This document shows positions 39,489 through 51,600 of a stretch of 64,000 nucleotides of DNA, in pieces. Origin of the DNA: Macrostomum lignano. Taxonomy: Eukaryota. Location: positions 434,001 through 498,000 of the forward strand of contig NIVC01000640.1 in assembly GCA_002269645.1 (NCBI GenBank), written 5' to 3'. The first letter of the stretch is position 1; every line of letters starts with the position of its first letter. The notes beneath the pieces were generated by a model that did no database searches, was not told the origin of the DNA, and saw only the letters and a program-made list of their open reading frames with translations. Both the position numbers and the translations under genes were made by a program.

Positions 39489-42400
39489 TCAAATGGCCCA
39501 CCAGCGACATCCGTCGCCAGACATGGTCACTGTTGCCGCCTCGCCGTCGTCGCCTTCGCCTTCACCGTCGCTGTCCGGTCCACTAGAAAACTGGGCATCG
39601 GCTTCGTCTCTGCCCTTGTACTCAAAGCTGGCGCTTCTGTCTTCTTGTCTCTCACTGCCCGAGCTCCAGCTGCCAACAAATCCAGTTTCGATGCTCCCGG
39701 CTTTGCTGCTACCGACAAATCCTGCTGGATCCTTGTCTGATCCGTCTTGCATCTCGTTGCTGCTCGATTCTTTATTGCATCGCTCTTTGATCTTGCCGAC
39801 ATTGTCGTTGAGCTCACCAGTTGTGGATTGCTTGCCGCTGGCCAGGGTGACTGCCGCGCTCTCTTCGTTGTCCAGCTCGGCCAGGAATTGCTCGACTTTG
39901 CTCCGGCCCAGAATGCGAGCGCAGTCAAGCGCCGTGAGGTCCCAGCGATCGCGCAGGCGTCGGTCGACGCGGCAGACGCTGCAGAGGAACTGAACAGCGG
40001 CCAGGCGGCCCTCCGACGCGGCCACGTGTAGAGGGGTGCGGCTGTCGTAGTCACAGGAGTTTATGTCGTGGCCCTGTGACGGAGTGGACAGCACTGTCAA
40101 TGTTAGCCTTCAGCCAAATTCCCCTCATGGAATTCCCTTCATGGAACTCCCACACGGAACTCCCACATGGAATTCCCCACATGGAATTCCCTTCATAAAA
40201 TTTTCTTCATGGAATTCCCCTCATCGAATTCCCCTTATGGAATTCCCCTAATGGAATTCCTCTAATGGAACTCCCCTCACCGAATTCCCCTCACCGAATT
40301 CCCCTCACCGAATTCCCCTCACCGAATTCCCCTCACCGAATTCCCCTCACCGAATTCCCCTCACCGAATTCCCCTCACCGAATTCCCCTCACCGAATTCC
40401 CCTCACCGAATTCCCCTCACCGAATCCCCCTCACCGAATTCCCCTCACCGAATTCCCCTCTCCGAATTCCCCTCACCGAATTCCCCTCTCCGAATTCCCC
40501 TCACCGAATTCCCCTCACAGAATTCCCCTCACCGAATTCCCCTCACAAAATTCCCCTCACCGAATTCCCCTCACAAAATTCCCCTCACAGAATTCCCCTC
40601 ACAGAATTCCCCTCACCGAATTCCCCTCACAGAATTCCCCTCACAGAATTCCCCTCACCGAATGCCGAATTCCCCTCACCGAATGCCGAATTCCCCTCAC
40701 CGAATGCCGAATTCCCCATTCTTCACTTCTAGGCATACCCAGACTGAATCCCCCGCTAGCTCCTCACCGTCAAGTAGAACCGCCGCAGGCAGGCGATGTC
40801 GCCGTCTCTAGCCGCGTACAGCATGGTGGAGACAGCGTCGAACCTGGCTCTGCCCGAGTCGGCCAGCCGGCCAGTCGGGTCCAGCTTCCTGTTGTGCAGC
40901 AGCGAGTCGTACAGGTGAAAGCTGTACTGCCGCACCAGCAGCTCGCAGAAGTGCAGCGACCTGGCGGACACGCGGCCCTGCAGCAGCCGCGGGGAGTACA
41001 GGCAGAGGCCCATGACATTCGGCAGCACAGCCAAGAGGCAGCCGCTGACGCCCGCGGTGGCCGGTAAGCCGCATTTGAAGGCGAATCGGCCAGAGTGCCG
41101 GCCAAGCCCGCAGCTGTGCATCACCGACAGGGTGCTGCGGGTGGCAGCCGGGCTGAGCACCCGGTCCTCGGTCAGGGGGCAGACTCCGCCGTTAGCCAGG
41201 GCAGCCGCGATCAGGGCCCCGGCCTTGAATTGGAGAATTGGGGATCGGGTCTGCTTGACTCCATTGTGCTTGATTGGCCCATTCTTTGCACTCTCCACAC
41301 CCCTAATTTCCAACTTCATTTTCCTCTTTGTCTTCCTCTCTGTCTCCCCCTCTCTGTCTCCCTACTCTCTCTCTCCCCTCTTTGTCTCCCTTTCTCTCTG
41401 TCTCCCCTCTCTGTCTCCCTTTCTCTCTGTCTCCCACTCTGTCTCCCACTCTCTGTCTCCCACTCTCTGTCTCCCACTCTCTGTCTCCCACTCTCTGTCT
41501 CCCTTTCTCTCTGTCTCCCCCCTCTCTGTCTCCCCCTCTCTGTCTCCCCCCCTCTCTGTCTCCCACTCTGTCTCCCACTCTCTGTCCCTTGCCTCACTCC
41601 ACCTCACAACCTCTCGCCTCATGTGTTATCTCCGGTAGTATTAGTGAACTGATTTTAGAAATTTGGCGAATGCATTCTACACAAATTCGCCGAATAGGTA
41701 AATAAGTAGTCAAAACGAGCATGAGTTATATAATTTCTCTACGTTAGCAAAACCTAACAAAATCCGCACCTGACAGTCAATAGAGAAGGACGCCAACTGC
41801 AGGTGCAAATCCATGGCGTCTGCAGCCTGTGCACCGGGCGGGAAGGCGCCCAGCTCCATCAGGCGGTAGGCGGCAGCCCAGTTGTGATAATTGGCCTCCC
41901 GCTGCGACAGGTACGAGCCCGTGTGCACCGACACGGAGCCTCCGGCCAGCAGGCGGCTGTAGACACGGCACAGGGCGGAGAACCGAGCGGAGAGCGGGTC
42001 CTGCGGCGAGCCGATCAGGGCGGCGGTGAGCAGCGCGCCGGAGCCCGTCAGCGGGTTGAATGGCTTGCCATCCGGACCGATCTCTAAGCCTTCGTGGTGT
42101 ACACCTGTTTGGATTCACCATTCTCTCATGCTGTCATTCTGTTGTAATTTTGCAAATCTGTAATGCTGACATTCTGTTATTCAGCCATTCTGCCATTCTG
42201 CCATTCTGCCATTCTGCCATTCTGCCATTTTGCCATTCTACCATTTTGCCATTTTGCCATATTGCCATTTTGCCATTCGGCCATTTTGCCATTCTGCCAT
42301 TTTGCTATTCTGTCACTCTGCTATTCTGCCATTCTGCCATTCTGCTATTTTGCCATTCTGCCATTTTTATATTTTTCAGTTTTCTATTCTGCCATTCTGC

Positions 42401-45400
42401 CATTTTGCCATTCTGCCATTCTGCCATTCTGCTATTCTGCCATTCTGCCATTCTGCCATTCTGCCATTTTGCCATATTGCCATATTGCCATTCGGCCATT
42501 TTGCCATTCTGCCATTTTGCCATTCTGCCATTCTGCCATTCTGCTATTCTGCCATTCTGCCATTCTGCCATTCTGCCATTTTGCCATATTGCCATTTTGC
42601 CATTCGGCCATTTTGCCATTCTGCCATTTTGCTATTCTGTCACTCTGCTATTCTGCCATTCTGCCATTCTGCTATTTTGCCATTCTGCCATTTTTATATT
42701 TTTCAGTTTTCTATTCTGCCATTCTGCCATTTTGCCATTCTGCCATTCTGCCATTCTGCTATTCTGCCATTCTGCCATTCTGCCATTCTGCCATTCTGCC
42801 ATTTTGCCATTCTGCCATTCTGCTATTCTGCCATTCTGCTATTCTGCCATTCTGCCATTCTGCCATTTTGCCATTCTTTCATGCCGTCATTCCGTCATTC
42901 TGCAGCAGAAATGAATGAACAATTGCTCACCAACTGGCTCATAGCCAACAAATTGGTGCACAACAACCGGTCCCTTCTCCGTCAGCGCCACAGCATAGAT
43001 GATTGGCTGGCTGCAGTCCTGCAGGCAGAAGGCCGCTCGAGAATCGCCAAGCGACAGCCGCTGACCGTCCACGGTGCACAGCGAGATGCCCCACAAGTCG
43101 GGGTCGGCCTGGGTGAGCTCTGGGGTCAGGCAGCTCACCTCACCGACGTTACACTCTTGCCGCGCTTGCCTGAGCGGGTGGATTAAGTGCATTATCGCTT
43201 GCTGGCCCAGTCACCGGAAGCTAGTGTCACAATGGAAGCTGCTGTCACAATGGAAGCTAGTGTCACAATGGAAGCTAGTGTCACAATGGAAGCTAGTGCC
43301 ACAGTGGAAGCTGCTGTCACAATGGAAGCTAGTGTCACAGTGTAAGCTAGTGTCACAATGGAAGCTAGTGTCACAGTGGAAGCTAGTGTCACAGTGGAAG
43401 CTAGTGTCACAGTGGAAGCTAGTGTCACAGTGGAAGCTAGTGTCACAATAGAAGCTAGTGACACAATGGAAGCTGCTGTCACAATAGAAGCTAGTGTCAC
43501 AATGGAAGCTAGTGTCACAGTGGAAGCTAGTGTCACAATAGAAGCTAGTGACACAATGGAAGCTGCTGTCACAATAGAAGCTAGTGTCACAATGGAAGCT
43601 AGTGTCACAATGGAAGCTAGTGTCCCAATGGAAGCTAGTGTCACAATGGAAGCTAGTGTCACAGTGGAAGCTGCTGTCACAATGGAAGCTGCTGTCACAA
43701 TGGAAGCTAGTGTCACAATGGAAGCTTATGTCACAATGGAAGCTAGTGTCACAATGGAAGCTAGTGTCACAATGGAAGTTAGTGTCCCAAAGGAAGCTAG
43801 TGTCACAATGGAAGCTAGTGTCACAATGGAAGCTGCTGTCACAATGGAAGCTAGTGTCACAATGGAAGCTAGTGTCACAATGGAAGCTAGTGTCACAATG
43901 GAAGCTAGTGTCACAATGGAAGCTGCTGTCACAATGGAAGCTAGTGTCACAATGAAAGCTAGTGTTCCAATGGAAGCTTGTGTCACAATGGAAGCTAGTG
44001 TCACAATGGAAGCTAGTGTCACAGTGGAAGCTATTGTCACAATGGAAGCTTATGTCACAATGGAAGCTAGTGTCACAGTGGAAGCTGCTGTCACAATGGA
44101 AGCTGCTGTCCCAATGGAAGCTAGTGTCCCCATGGAAGCTAGTGTCACAATGGAAGCTTATGTCACAATGGAAGCTAGTGTCACAATGGAAGCTAGTGTC
44201 ACAATGGAAGCTAGTGTCACAATGGAAGCTAGTGTCACAATGGAAGCTAGTGTCACAATGGAATCTAGTGTCACAATGGAAGCTAGTGTCACAATGGAAG
44301 CTAGTGTCACAGTGTAAGCTAGTGTCACAATGGAAGCTAGTGTCACAGTGGAAGCTAGTGTCACAGTGGAAGCTAGTGTCACAATAGAAGCTAGTGACAC
44401 AATGGAAGCTGCTGTCACAATAGAAGCTAGTGTCACAATGGAAGCTAGTGTCACAATGGAAGCTAGTGTCCCAATGGAAGCTAGTGTCACAATGGAAGCT
44501 AGTGTCACAGTGGAAGCTGCTGTCACAATGGAAGCTGCTGTCACAATGGAAGCTAGTGTCACAATGGAAGCTTATGTCACAATGGAAGCTAGTGTCACAA
44601 TGGAAGCTAGTGTCACAATGGAAGTTAGTGTCCCAATGGAAGCTAGTGTCACAATGGAAGCTAGTGTCACAATGGAAGCTAGTGTCACAATGGAAGCTGC
44701 TGTCACAATGGAAGCTAGTGTCACAATGGAAGCTAGTGTCACAATGGAAGCTAGTGTCACAATGGAAGCTAGTGTCACAATGGAAGCTGCTGTCACAATG
44801 GAAGCTAGTGTCACAATGAAAGCTAGTGTTCCAATGGAAGCTTGTGTCACAATGGAAGCTAGTGTCACAATGGAAGCTAGTGTCACAGTGGAAGCTAGTG
44901 TCACAATGGAAGCTTATGTCACAATGGAAGCTAGTGTCACAGTGGAAGCTGCTGTCACAATGGAAGCTGCTGTCCCAATGGAAGCTAGTGTCCCCATGGA
45001 AGCTAGTGTCACAATGGAAGCTTATGTCACAATGGAAGCTAGTGTCACAATGGAAGCTTGTGTCACAATGGAAGCTAGTGTCACAATGGAAGCTAGTGTC
45101 ACAATGGAAGCTTGTGTCACAATGGAAGCTTATGTCACAATGGAAGCTAGTGTCCTGGTATCATACCGAAAGCTTCGGTTTCAAGCCAGGGACCACTGTA
45201 GTATAACAGGACGAAAAACTAAAAAATCGTGTCCTGAAAAAATACACTGCGGAGATAGGGAAAAATCGTTTTTTCATCACAACATAAATGATTGCACTTT
45301 CTCTGGGGCAGTGAAGATGACTATTTCTTAAATTTATTATGCACAGCATGTAAATCTGTTGCATTTTACATATAAGGGGTTATAGACAAGTGGATAGGGT

Positions 45401-46738
45401 TTCGGACACATGACTGAAAGTTCGGGAGTTCGATTCCCGATCCCACTGGAACAATTTGTGTCCTTGAGTAAGACACTTAACTCTGCATTGCTTCAGTTCA
45501 CCCAACTGTAAAATGGGTGCCAGCATTAGCTGGGGTAACTGAGGCTGTGTGTGGCGACCCCCCAGTCCTTGGACTGAACAGCCGTACGCAGCCTTCAGAT
45601 GCGCCGCGCAATAGCTGCGGCTGAGCTGTCGGTTGCACATCTGGCCCAATTGGGACAGGTGTAATCAAATAATGTCAGAAATTTTCACTACACAGCTACA
45701 TAAAATACAACAGAGTAACATGTTTTGCATGCTTAGTTAAAAGAATGTTAATATTCAATGTCCCAGATCAAATGCAATCATTGATTTTGTGATGAGAGAA
45801 TGATTTTTCCCTATCTCCGCAGTGCATTTTTCCACTGCTTGCTATCTGGGGGTGCTTGCTATCTGGGGGATGCTTGCTATCTGGGGGATGCTTGCTATCT
45901 GGGGGGGGGAGTGCTGGCTACCTTGGGGGTGCTTGCTATCTGGGAGGGGGTGCTTGCTATCTGCGGGATGCTTGCTATCTGGGGATGCTTGCTATCTGGG
46001 GGGGTGCTTGCTATCTGGGGGGTGCTTGCTATCTGGGGGGGGGTGCTTGCTATCTGCGGGGTGCTTGCTATCTGGGGGGGGTGCTTGCTATCTGGGGGGG
46101 GGTGCTTGCTATCTGGGGGGGGGGGGTTGCTTGCTATCTGAGGGATGCTTGCTATCTTTTTGTGAAGGCTTTATTTTGTTGTGACCTTTTGTTACTATAG
46201 AAAGAAAGAGCTTTATAGCAAACATCTTTGTCCGTGACAATTTTACTCGAATAAGGTGATTTATAATACTGAAGAAGGAATTTGTTCTTAAGAAAATGTG
46301 CTTTTTAATGGATTTGCATGAATAATTTTTGCTCCTTGCTTATTGGGCGCCCCGAAGGGGGGCACTAGATTGCTAGTCAAATACTAAAAGCAACCAAACA
46401 AAAATTACCACTCACTCAAACAGCATCTCGATAGTCTGCGCAAATCCGACAAAGTCGCGCACAATGAGCTCATTGCGCAGCACCTTGAGCAGAAAGACGC
46501 TGCCAGTGGCCGAGAAGATTCGCTCAACCGACTCTTTGCTGAAGGCGGCCTCGCCCTCATTGTCTGACATTGCGGCCAGCAGCTGCTGCAGGTTGGCCTT
46601 GATGCGCGGGTCCCGCTTGTCGATGCCCTCGGTGCGCAGCCAGGCGGTCAGCTTGGCGGCCCGGATCAGGCCGAGGTCCTCGGCGCTGTAGCGGACAGCC
46701 GAAGGCGCTGCTACCTGCGAGACAGTTTGAGTCTGCAT
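39489..46738 (-). CDS. gls-like: Glutaminase (GLS)-like protein with N-terminal EF-hand-like domain and C-terminal ankyrin repeats, ~645 aa, catalytically degenerate; exons 46738(or 46714)-46416, 43169-42931, 42104-41770, 41223-40768, 40073-39489
   Basis: Collinear GLS motifs: DPRIK, DPDLWGISLCTVDGQR, VGYEP, KPFNP, AAALANGGVCPLT, MHSCG, FAFKCGLPA, LPNVMG, KLDP, DYDSRTPLHVAASEG, RDRW. Introns are GT-AG and phase-consistent (1938 nt from ATG 46738). The true first exon is uncertain. Confidence 0.9.
40110..40715. repeat. 14-bp minisatellite (GAATTCCCCTCACC)n
   Basis: Direct tandem repetition in a gls-like intron. Confidence 0.93.
41335..41590. repeat. TC-rich ~14-bp repeat (CTCTGTCTCCCACT)
   Basis: Low-complexity tandem units in an intron. 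Confidence 0.8.
42170..42885. repeat. 8-bp repeat (CTGCCATT)n
   Basis: Direct tandem repetition in an intron. Confidence 0.93.
43215..45153. repeat. 18-bp minisatellite (GAAGCTAGTGTCACAATG)n
   Basis: Direct tandem repetition in an intron. Confidence 0.96.
45376..45673 (+). mobile_element. tRNA-derived CORE-SINE, copy 2 (full length)
   Basis: Degenerate A box, B box GAGTTCGATTCC, CORE segment, and a 3' tail GCCGTACGCAGCCTTCAGATGCG...CAGGTGTAATCAAATAAT shared with copy 3. Confidence 0.87.
45835..46157. repeat. ~17-bp G-run repeat (GGGGGTGCTTGCTATCT)n
   Basis: Direct tandem repetition with variable G-run length. Confidence 0.9.
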
Positions 46739-47319
46739 TGCTCAGCTTGGGAGAGGAGAAGACAGTTCTGTGCTGTGTCTGTAAAACCGTGCCAGAAAAT
46801 TGATTATATTCTCTTGAGACTGCGTTTGTTTATTGCGTAATGCAAATATTAGCACTATCGCACCACGCACCACGGCTGGGTGAGTGAGTTTCAATTTAAA
46901 CTCAATTAATTGCGTGCAAAGCGCGATGAACCCTAGTTGGGCCCGCCCCCTGAGATGTCTCTGTGATGCAATCTTACAAGAACACAAGAAGGTCATCAAA
47001 ATTTTATAAGCGACGAAGTAAACCTTCGTGAAAGCTAATAACTTCAACGATTCAATATAGAGAAACAGATTTGCTCAAAGTAGCCCCCAGTAGCAACAAG
47101 ATTACATCATAGCCAAGGCCTCAAAACCAACTATAACTTTAAACGCTGCATAGAACGTACAGATTCTCACGCACAGACTGGGTAATTTTTCTAACTCTCC
47201 ACAATGCCCCAATTTCATAATAATTTCGTCAGTAAAGCAATAAAGCTATAACAACTCACACTACTGCCAGTAAGCTTCGCGGGTTAAAGATTCCATTCTT
47301 AGTGTGGTTGAGTCACTTA

Positions 47320-47605
<286 letters not shown>

Positions 47606-48660
47606 CTTTTACTCTGCAAGTTCGACAAGAACTCGGAAATACACCGTTAACAGAAATAACTGTGTGGCTGACTATATCCTGGTATTTTAGTGTGCAATGG
47701 CAGAAATGATTTTTATCTATCTGCTTTGTAGACCATTTTATTGACTAAACGCATTTTAATATCTCAGCCGCGCAATGATATTAGCGATAGAAATATAGAT
47801 AGACAACACACTTAAGACACTGCACACTGGGCTACTTGCAGTAGGTAGGCTAGAAAGATAACTGTGCATTAATCAGAGACTATAGCATAAGGAATTGATA
47901 GCGTTGCAGTTACTCTTAAGGATTAATTAACTTAACGGATTAAATATATCTAAGTAAAATTTATTACATACCAATACGCTCGTACAACATAATTATTTAA
48001 ATTACTATTATGCAGTGGCAGAATAAAATCATTTATAACAGCTTGCATACGTGATGCTACTCACTAATATATGGCATTAGTCGTTATGACATGGTGTAAC
48101 AGCTTGTAATAAGCTACAGTTAAAACTTGAAGGTAAAATCGCAAGGAGATTCTTGTCAGCCAAAAAGACGCAAAGTGCGCAATGCTACGACATTGTCGCT
48201 GAGGTATGCACGAGAATTTGATAGATCTAGCATTTTGAGCTATCATGGTTCCCGTCCTTACTTGTGACACTACCTCAGATCAGACTCATAGCTCGCACAG
48301 CTTCAAATGATTTAGGAAAGTTCAGGAGGTCAGGAGACAATCATGTCAACGAAGGTTAAAAAAATCCGGAAAGTTCCTATTTCTCCGATTTGATTATAGA
48401 GAGTCAAGGTACGATTAGATTAGAAAGTCAGGGCGTGCACCCCGTGTGAGCTGTGTGTGAGCATGTGCCTGAGTACAGTATCAACGCGCTTGTATGTGGT
48501 CAGGAGTCAGCGGAATGTGCTGAATCGCCTCAGCGTTGGTTGTTGGGACGATGTCTGCGTCCTAATAAGTGGTGCAGTGCAAAGCTGTCAGTGAGGCGTT
48601 GTGCCCTCCCAGTTAGTTGAGCTGTCAGCTCAGAACACGCCATCCGCAATGCGTCAGCAC

Positions 48661-51600
48661 TCAGATGTGCCTGTTGGCCAACTCATCGAAAGAATCATCG
48701 CCGAACGCTCGTCTGTTCCGCTGCTGTGAGTGCACAGTGAAGCTGCTCTGCTGCTGCTGCTGCTGCTCGAATGTTCCATCATGAGCAGCCAACTCGAATC
48801 CGGCATCACCCTGCCAAAACTGCTCCTGCGGCTGCTGCTGCTGCTGCCTACTCTGCATTGGCATCGTCTCCTCCTTCTTAGGCATTAGCCGGGCAAAAAA
48901 TCCCGAACGAAGAAAGCTATCAAAGCGACTCTCGTTGAACTGCGATTTCTTTGTTTGGTAGCCCAGGCTCACGAAAAAGAAGCAGAGAATGACAGCAATC
49001 ACCACGAACACGGAGTAGAATATCGGATAGGCGATTGGGTGGATCTTGTTCATCACCTGGAATGGAAGATGGACAGATGCTGTAGTCTGGTGTGCGTGAG
49101 GCCTGAGCCAATCAGGCTGGGGCTGTGATGCTCCACCAAGCTGACAACTACTGTAGTCTGGTGTGCGTGAGGCCTGAACCAATCAGGCTGGGGCTGTGAT
49201 ACTCCACCAAGCTGACAACTACTGTAGTCTGGTGTGCGTGAGGCCTGAGCCAATCAGGCTGGGGCTGTGATGCTCCACCAAGCTGACAACTACTGTAGTC
49301 TGGTGTGCGTGAGGCCTGAGCCAATCAGGCTGGGGCTGTGATACTCCACCAAGCTGACAACTACTGTAGTCTGGTGTGCGTGAGGCCTGAGCCAATCAGG
49401 CTGGGGCTGTGATGCTCCACCAAGCTGACAACTACTGTAGTCTGGTGTGCGTGAGGCCTGAGCCAATCAGGCTGGGGCTGTGATACTCCACCAAGCTGAC
49501 AACTACTGTAGTCTGGTGTGCGTGAGGCCTGAGCCAATCAGGCTGGGGCTGTGATACTCCACCAAGCTGACAACTACTGTAGTCTGGTGTGCGTGAGGCC
49601 TGAGCCAATCAGGCTGGGGCAGCAAGTACCTTGTGTTTGTTCAAAGCTAACTGATGATTTCAAGCAAGCTGAGCCCTTACCGCAGCCATTAGCACGGGCA
49701 GAACAGCTTCGCCAAAGGCTGCGGAGGCAACCAGAGAAGTGGCTCGGTCCCCTGAAAATGTTTATTTTTCGAATTTGCAATTAGCGAAAGCCGCATGTAG
49801 GAGAACAGTCTTACAGCACAAGTTCTACTCCGCCAAAAGACTCACTGGTTACTTGAATGAACTGCTCAGTGAGAGCCAGCAGGGCTGGCATGCAGTGGCT
49901 AATGAAGAAGCCCGTGAGCATGGTGCTCAAGAACAGAACAGCCATACTTTTCTGGCCAATCATAAACAGCGTAGCTGAGAACACAAGTCCAACCTGTTAA
50001 AATTCAAATAAACAGTTTAAATCCAAATTCTCCGGAACCGAATATTTGAGCACGGGCCTCACCAAGTCCAGAAATATTATGTGGACGCTGGACAGGCGAG
50101 CAGTGATGAAGATGCCTAACAGGCGACCAATCAGCGTGAAGCCCTGAAATAAATACATCGTAAAAATTGAGTACTAAGAATTTCCGAAATGGCTTTTATG
50201 GTTATTAATAATGGCGGGAGAGCTGCGAAGACCCTGGCGCAACGCCTTCATCGACATCGTCCCACAACCAGCACTGACGGCGATTCTGCCAGTTCCGCTG
50301 ACTATTGAGCACTGTACTCAGGCACCCCCTTATAGTGGTTAAAGCGTCGGGCTTACAACTTGAAGGTCGGGGGTTCGATTCTCAACCCACTTGGAACAAT
50401 TTTTGCCCTTGTGAGCAAAGACGTGTAACTCTGCATTGCTTCAGTTCACCCAGCTGTAAAATGGGTGCCAGCATTAGCTGGGGTAATTGAGGCTGTGTTT
50501 GGTGACCCCCAGTCCTTGGACTGAACAGCCGTACGCAGCCTTCAGATGCGCCGCGCAATAGCTGCGGCTGAGCTGTCGGTTGCACATCTGGCCATTAAGG
50601 CAGGTGTAATCAATTATTAATTATTAATGGCATGTTGTATCTCTAATAGATAATCGGCTTAGCTTAATAATCCGCTCAGTCGCGGTGGCCGTCTTCAGTA
50701 TATTTGCATACAATTGTCACGCATATAATTGTCTATGGCCAAAGCCGCACAACTAAGGCTGGGAATACACCAACGCTCACACAGGGTGTACATTGGCTCT
50801 GAATGTCTAACCATCAGGCATGTACACCCTCTGTGCCTTGGGGCTGGCCATCAAGGCTGTGCATCGCACGACAACCTCCCTCCCGGGCCAATTTTCGTGT
50901 ACGGAACTCTCTTAGCGCGAGAGTCAGCTGCTCTGGGCCTTCCCGAAATAGCTCTACATCGATTAGCATTTGGGCTGGGTGAGCTCGCTGGGGCAGCTTC
51001 AGCATCAGGGAGGGCAGCCTGCTCTGCTGGATGAAACAAGGCCTCAGCCTTTGATGCTGCCTTCCCGAGAGAAAATCTCACTACGATTTCCCGTTCCATT
51101 TTCTTTCTGAGAAATCCCTCCACTACCCCCTCCCTTAGGAGGGCTGAGTGAGTCTCGAGTTCGCTCCGCCGCTAATCTCTACTGACAGGTCGCTCGGTCG
51201 GGCTCCTCACTTGTGGCTTGGCCCGGGACTACTCACTCGCTTCTCTGCCTCATCATGGGAAAGCTTTTTGCTTCCTCCGCGCCCCCAGAGCTGGCAAGTC
51301 ATCTCTTTCTCCTTCCTCTAGAGGAAGCCAGAGCGATGCACTCCCGCCTACAGGCTGTCGCCTTCCCTGTCAGATCGCGTTGAATGTCTACTATGACGAC
51401 GATAACGATACAAGAACGATATGAGCTATATCACTCACGAACTACAGTGTACTTGAGTCGGATAAAATCGTGTCAGTTATATAGCTAAAAGTTTAGTCAC
51501 CTTTCTCCTTTTCTAGATAGCACAAGTGCAGTTATTTTGAAATACGGCCAAATTAATTGTGCTATAACTTCATATCTTCGACAAGCTTAACCACAACCCT

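Noticed and set aside
43192-45331. MEASVT/SQWKLV repeat ORFs resembling antifreeze or mucin repeats
   Set aside because: An 18-bp intronic satellite within the gls-like gene.
50720-51430. Short ORFs in an MFS intron as a nested gene
   Set aside because: No recognisable domain, splice pattern or termini; possibly TE debris.
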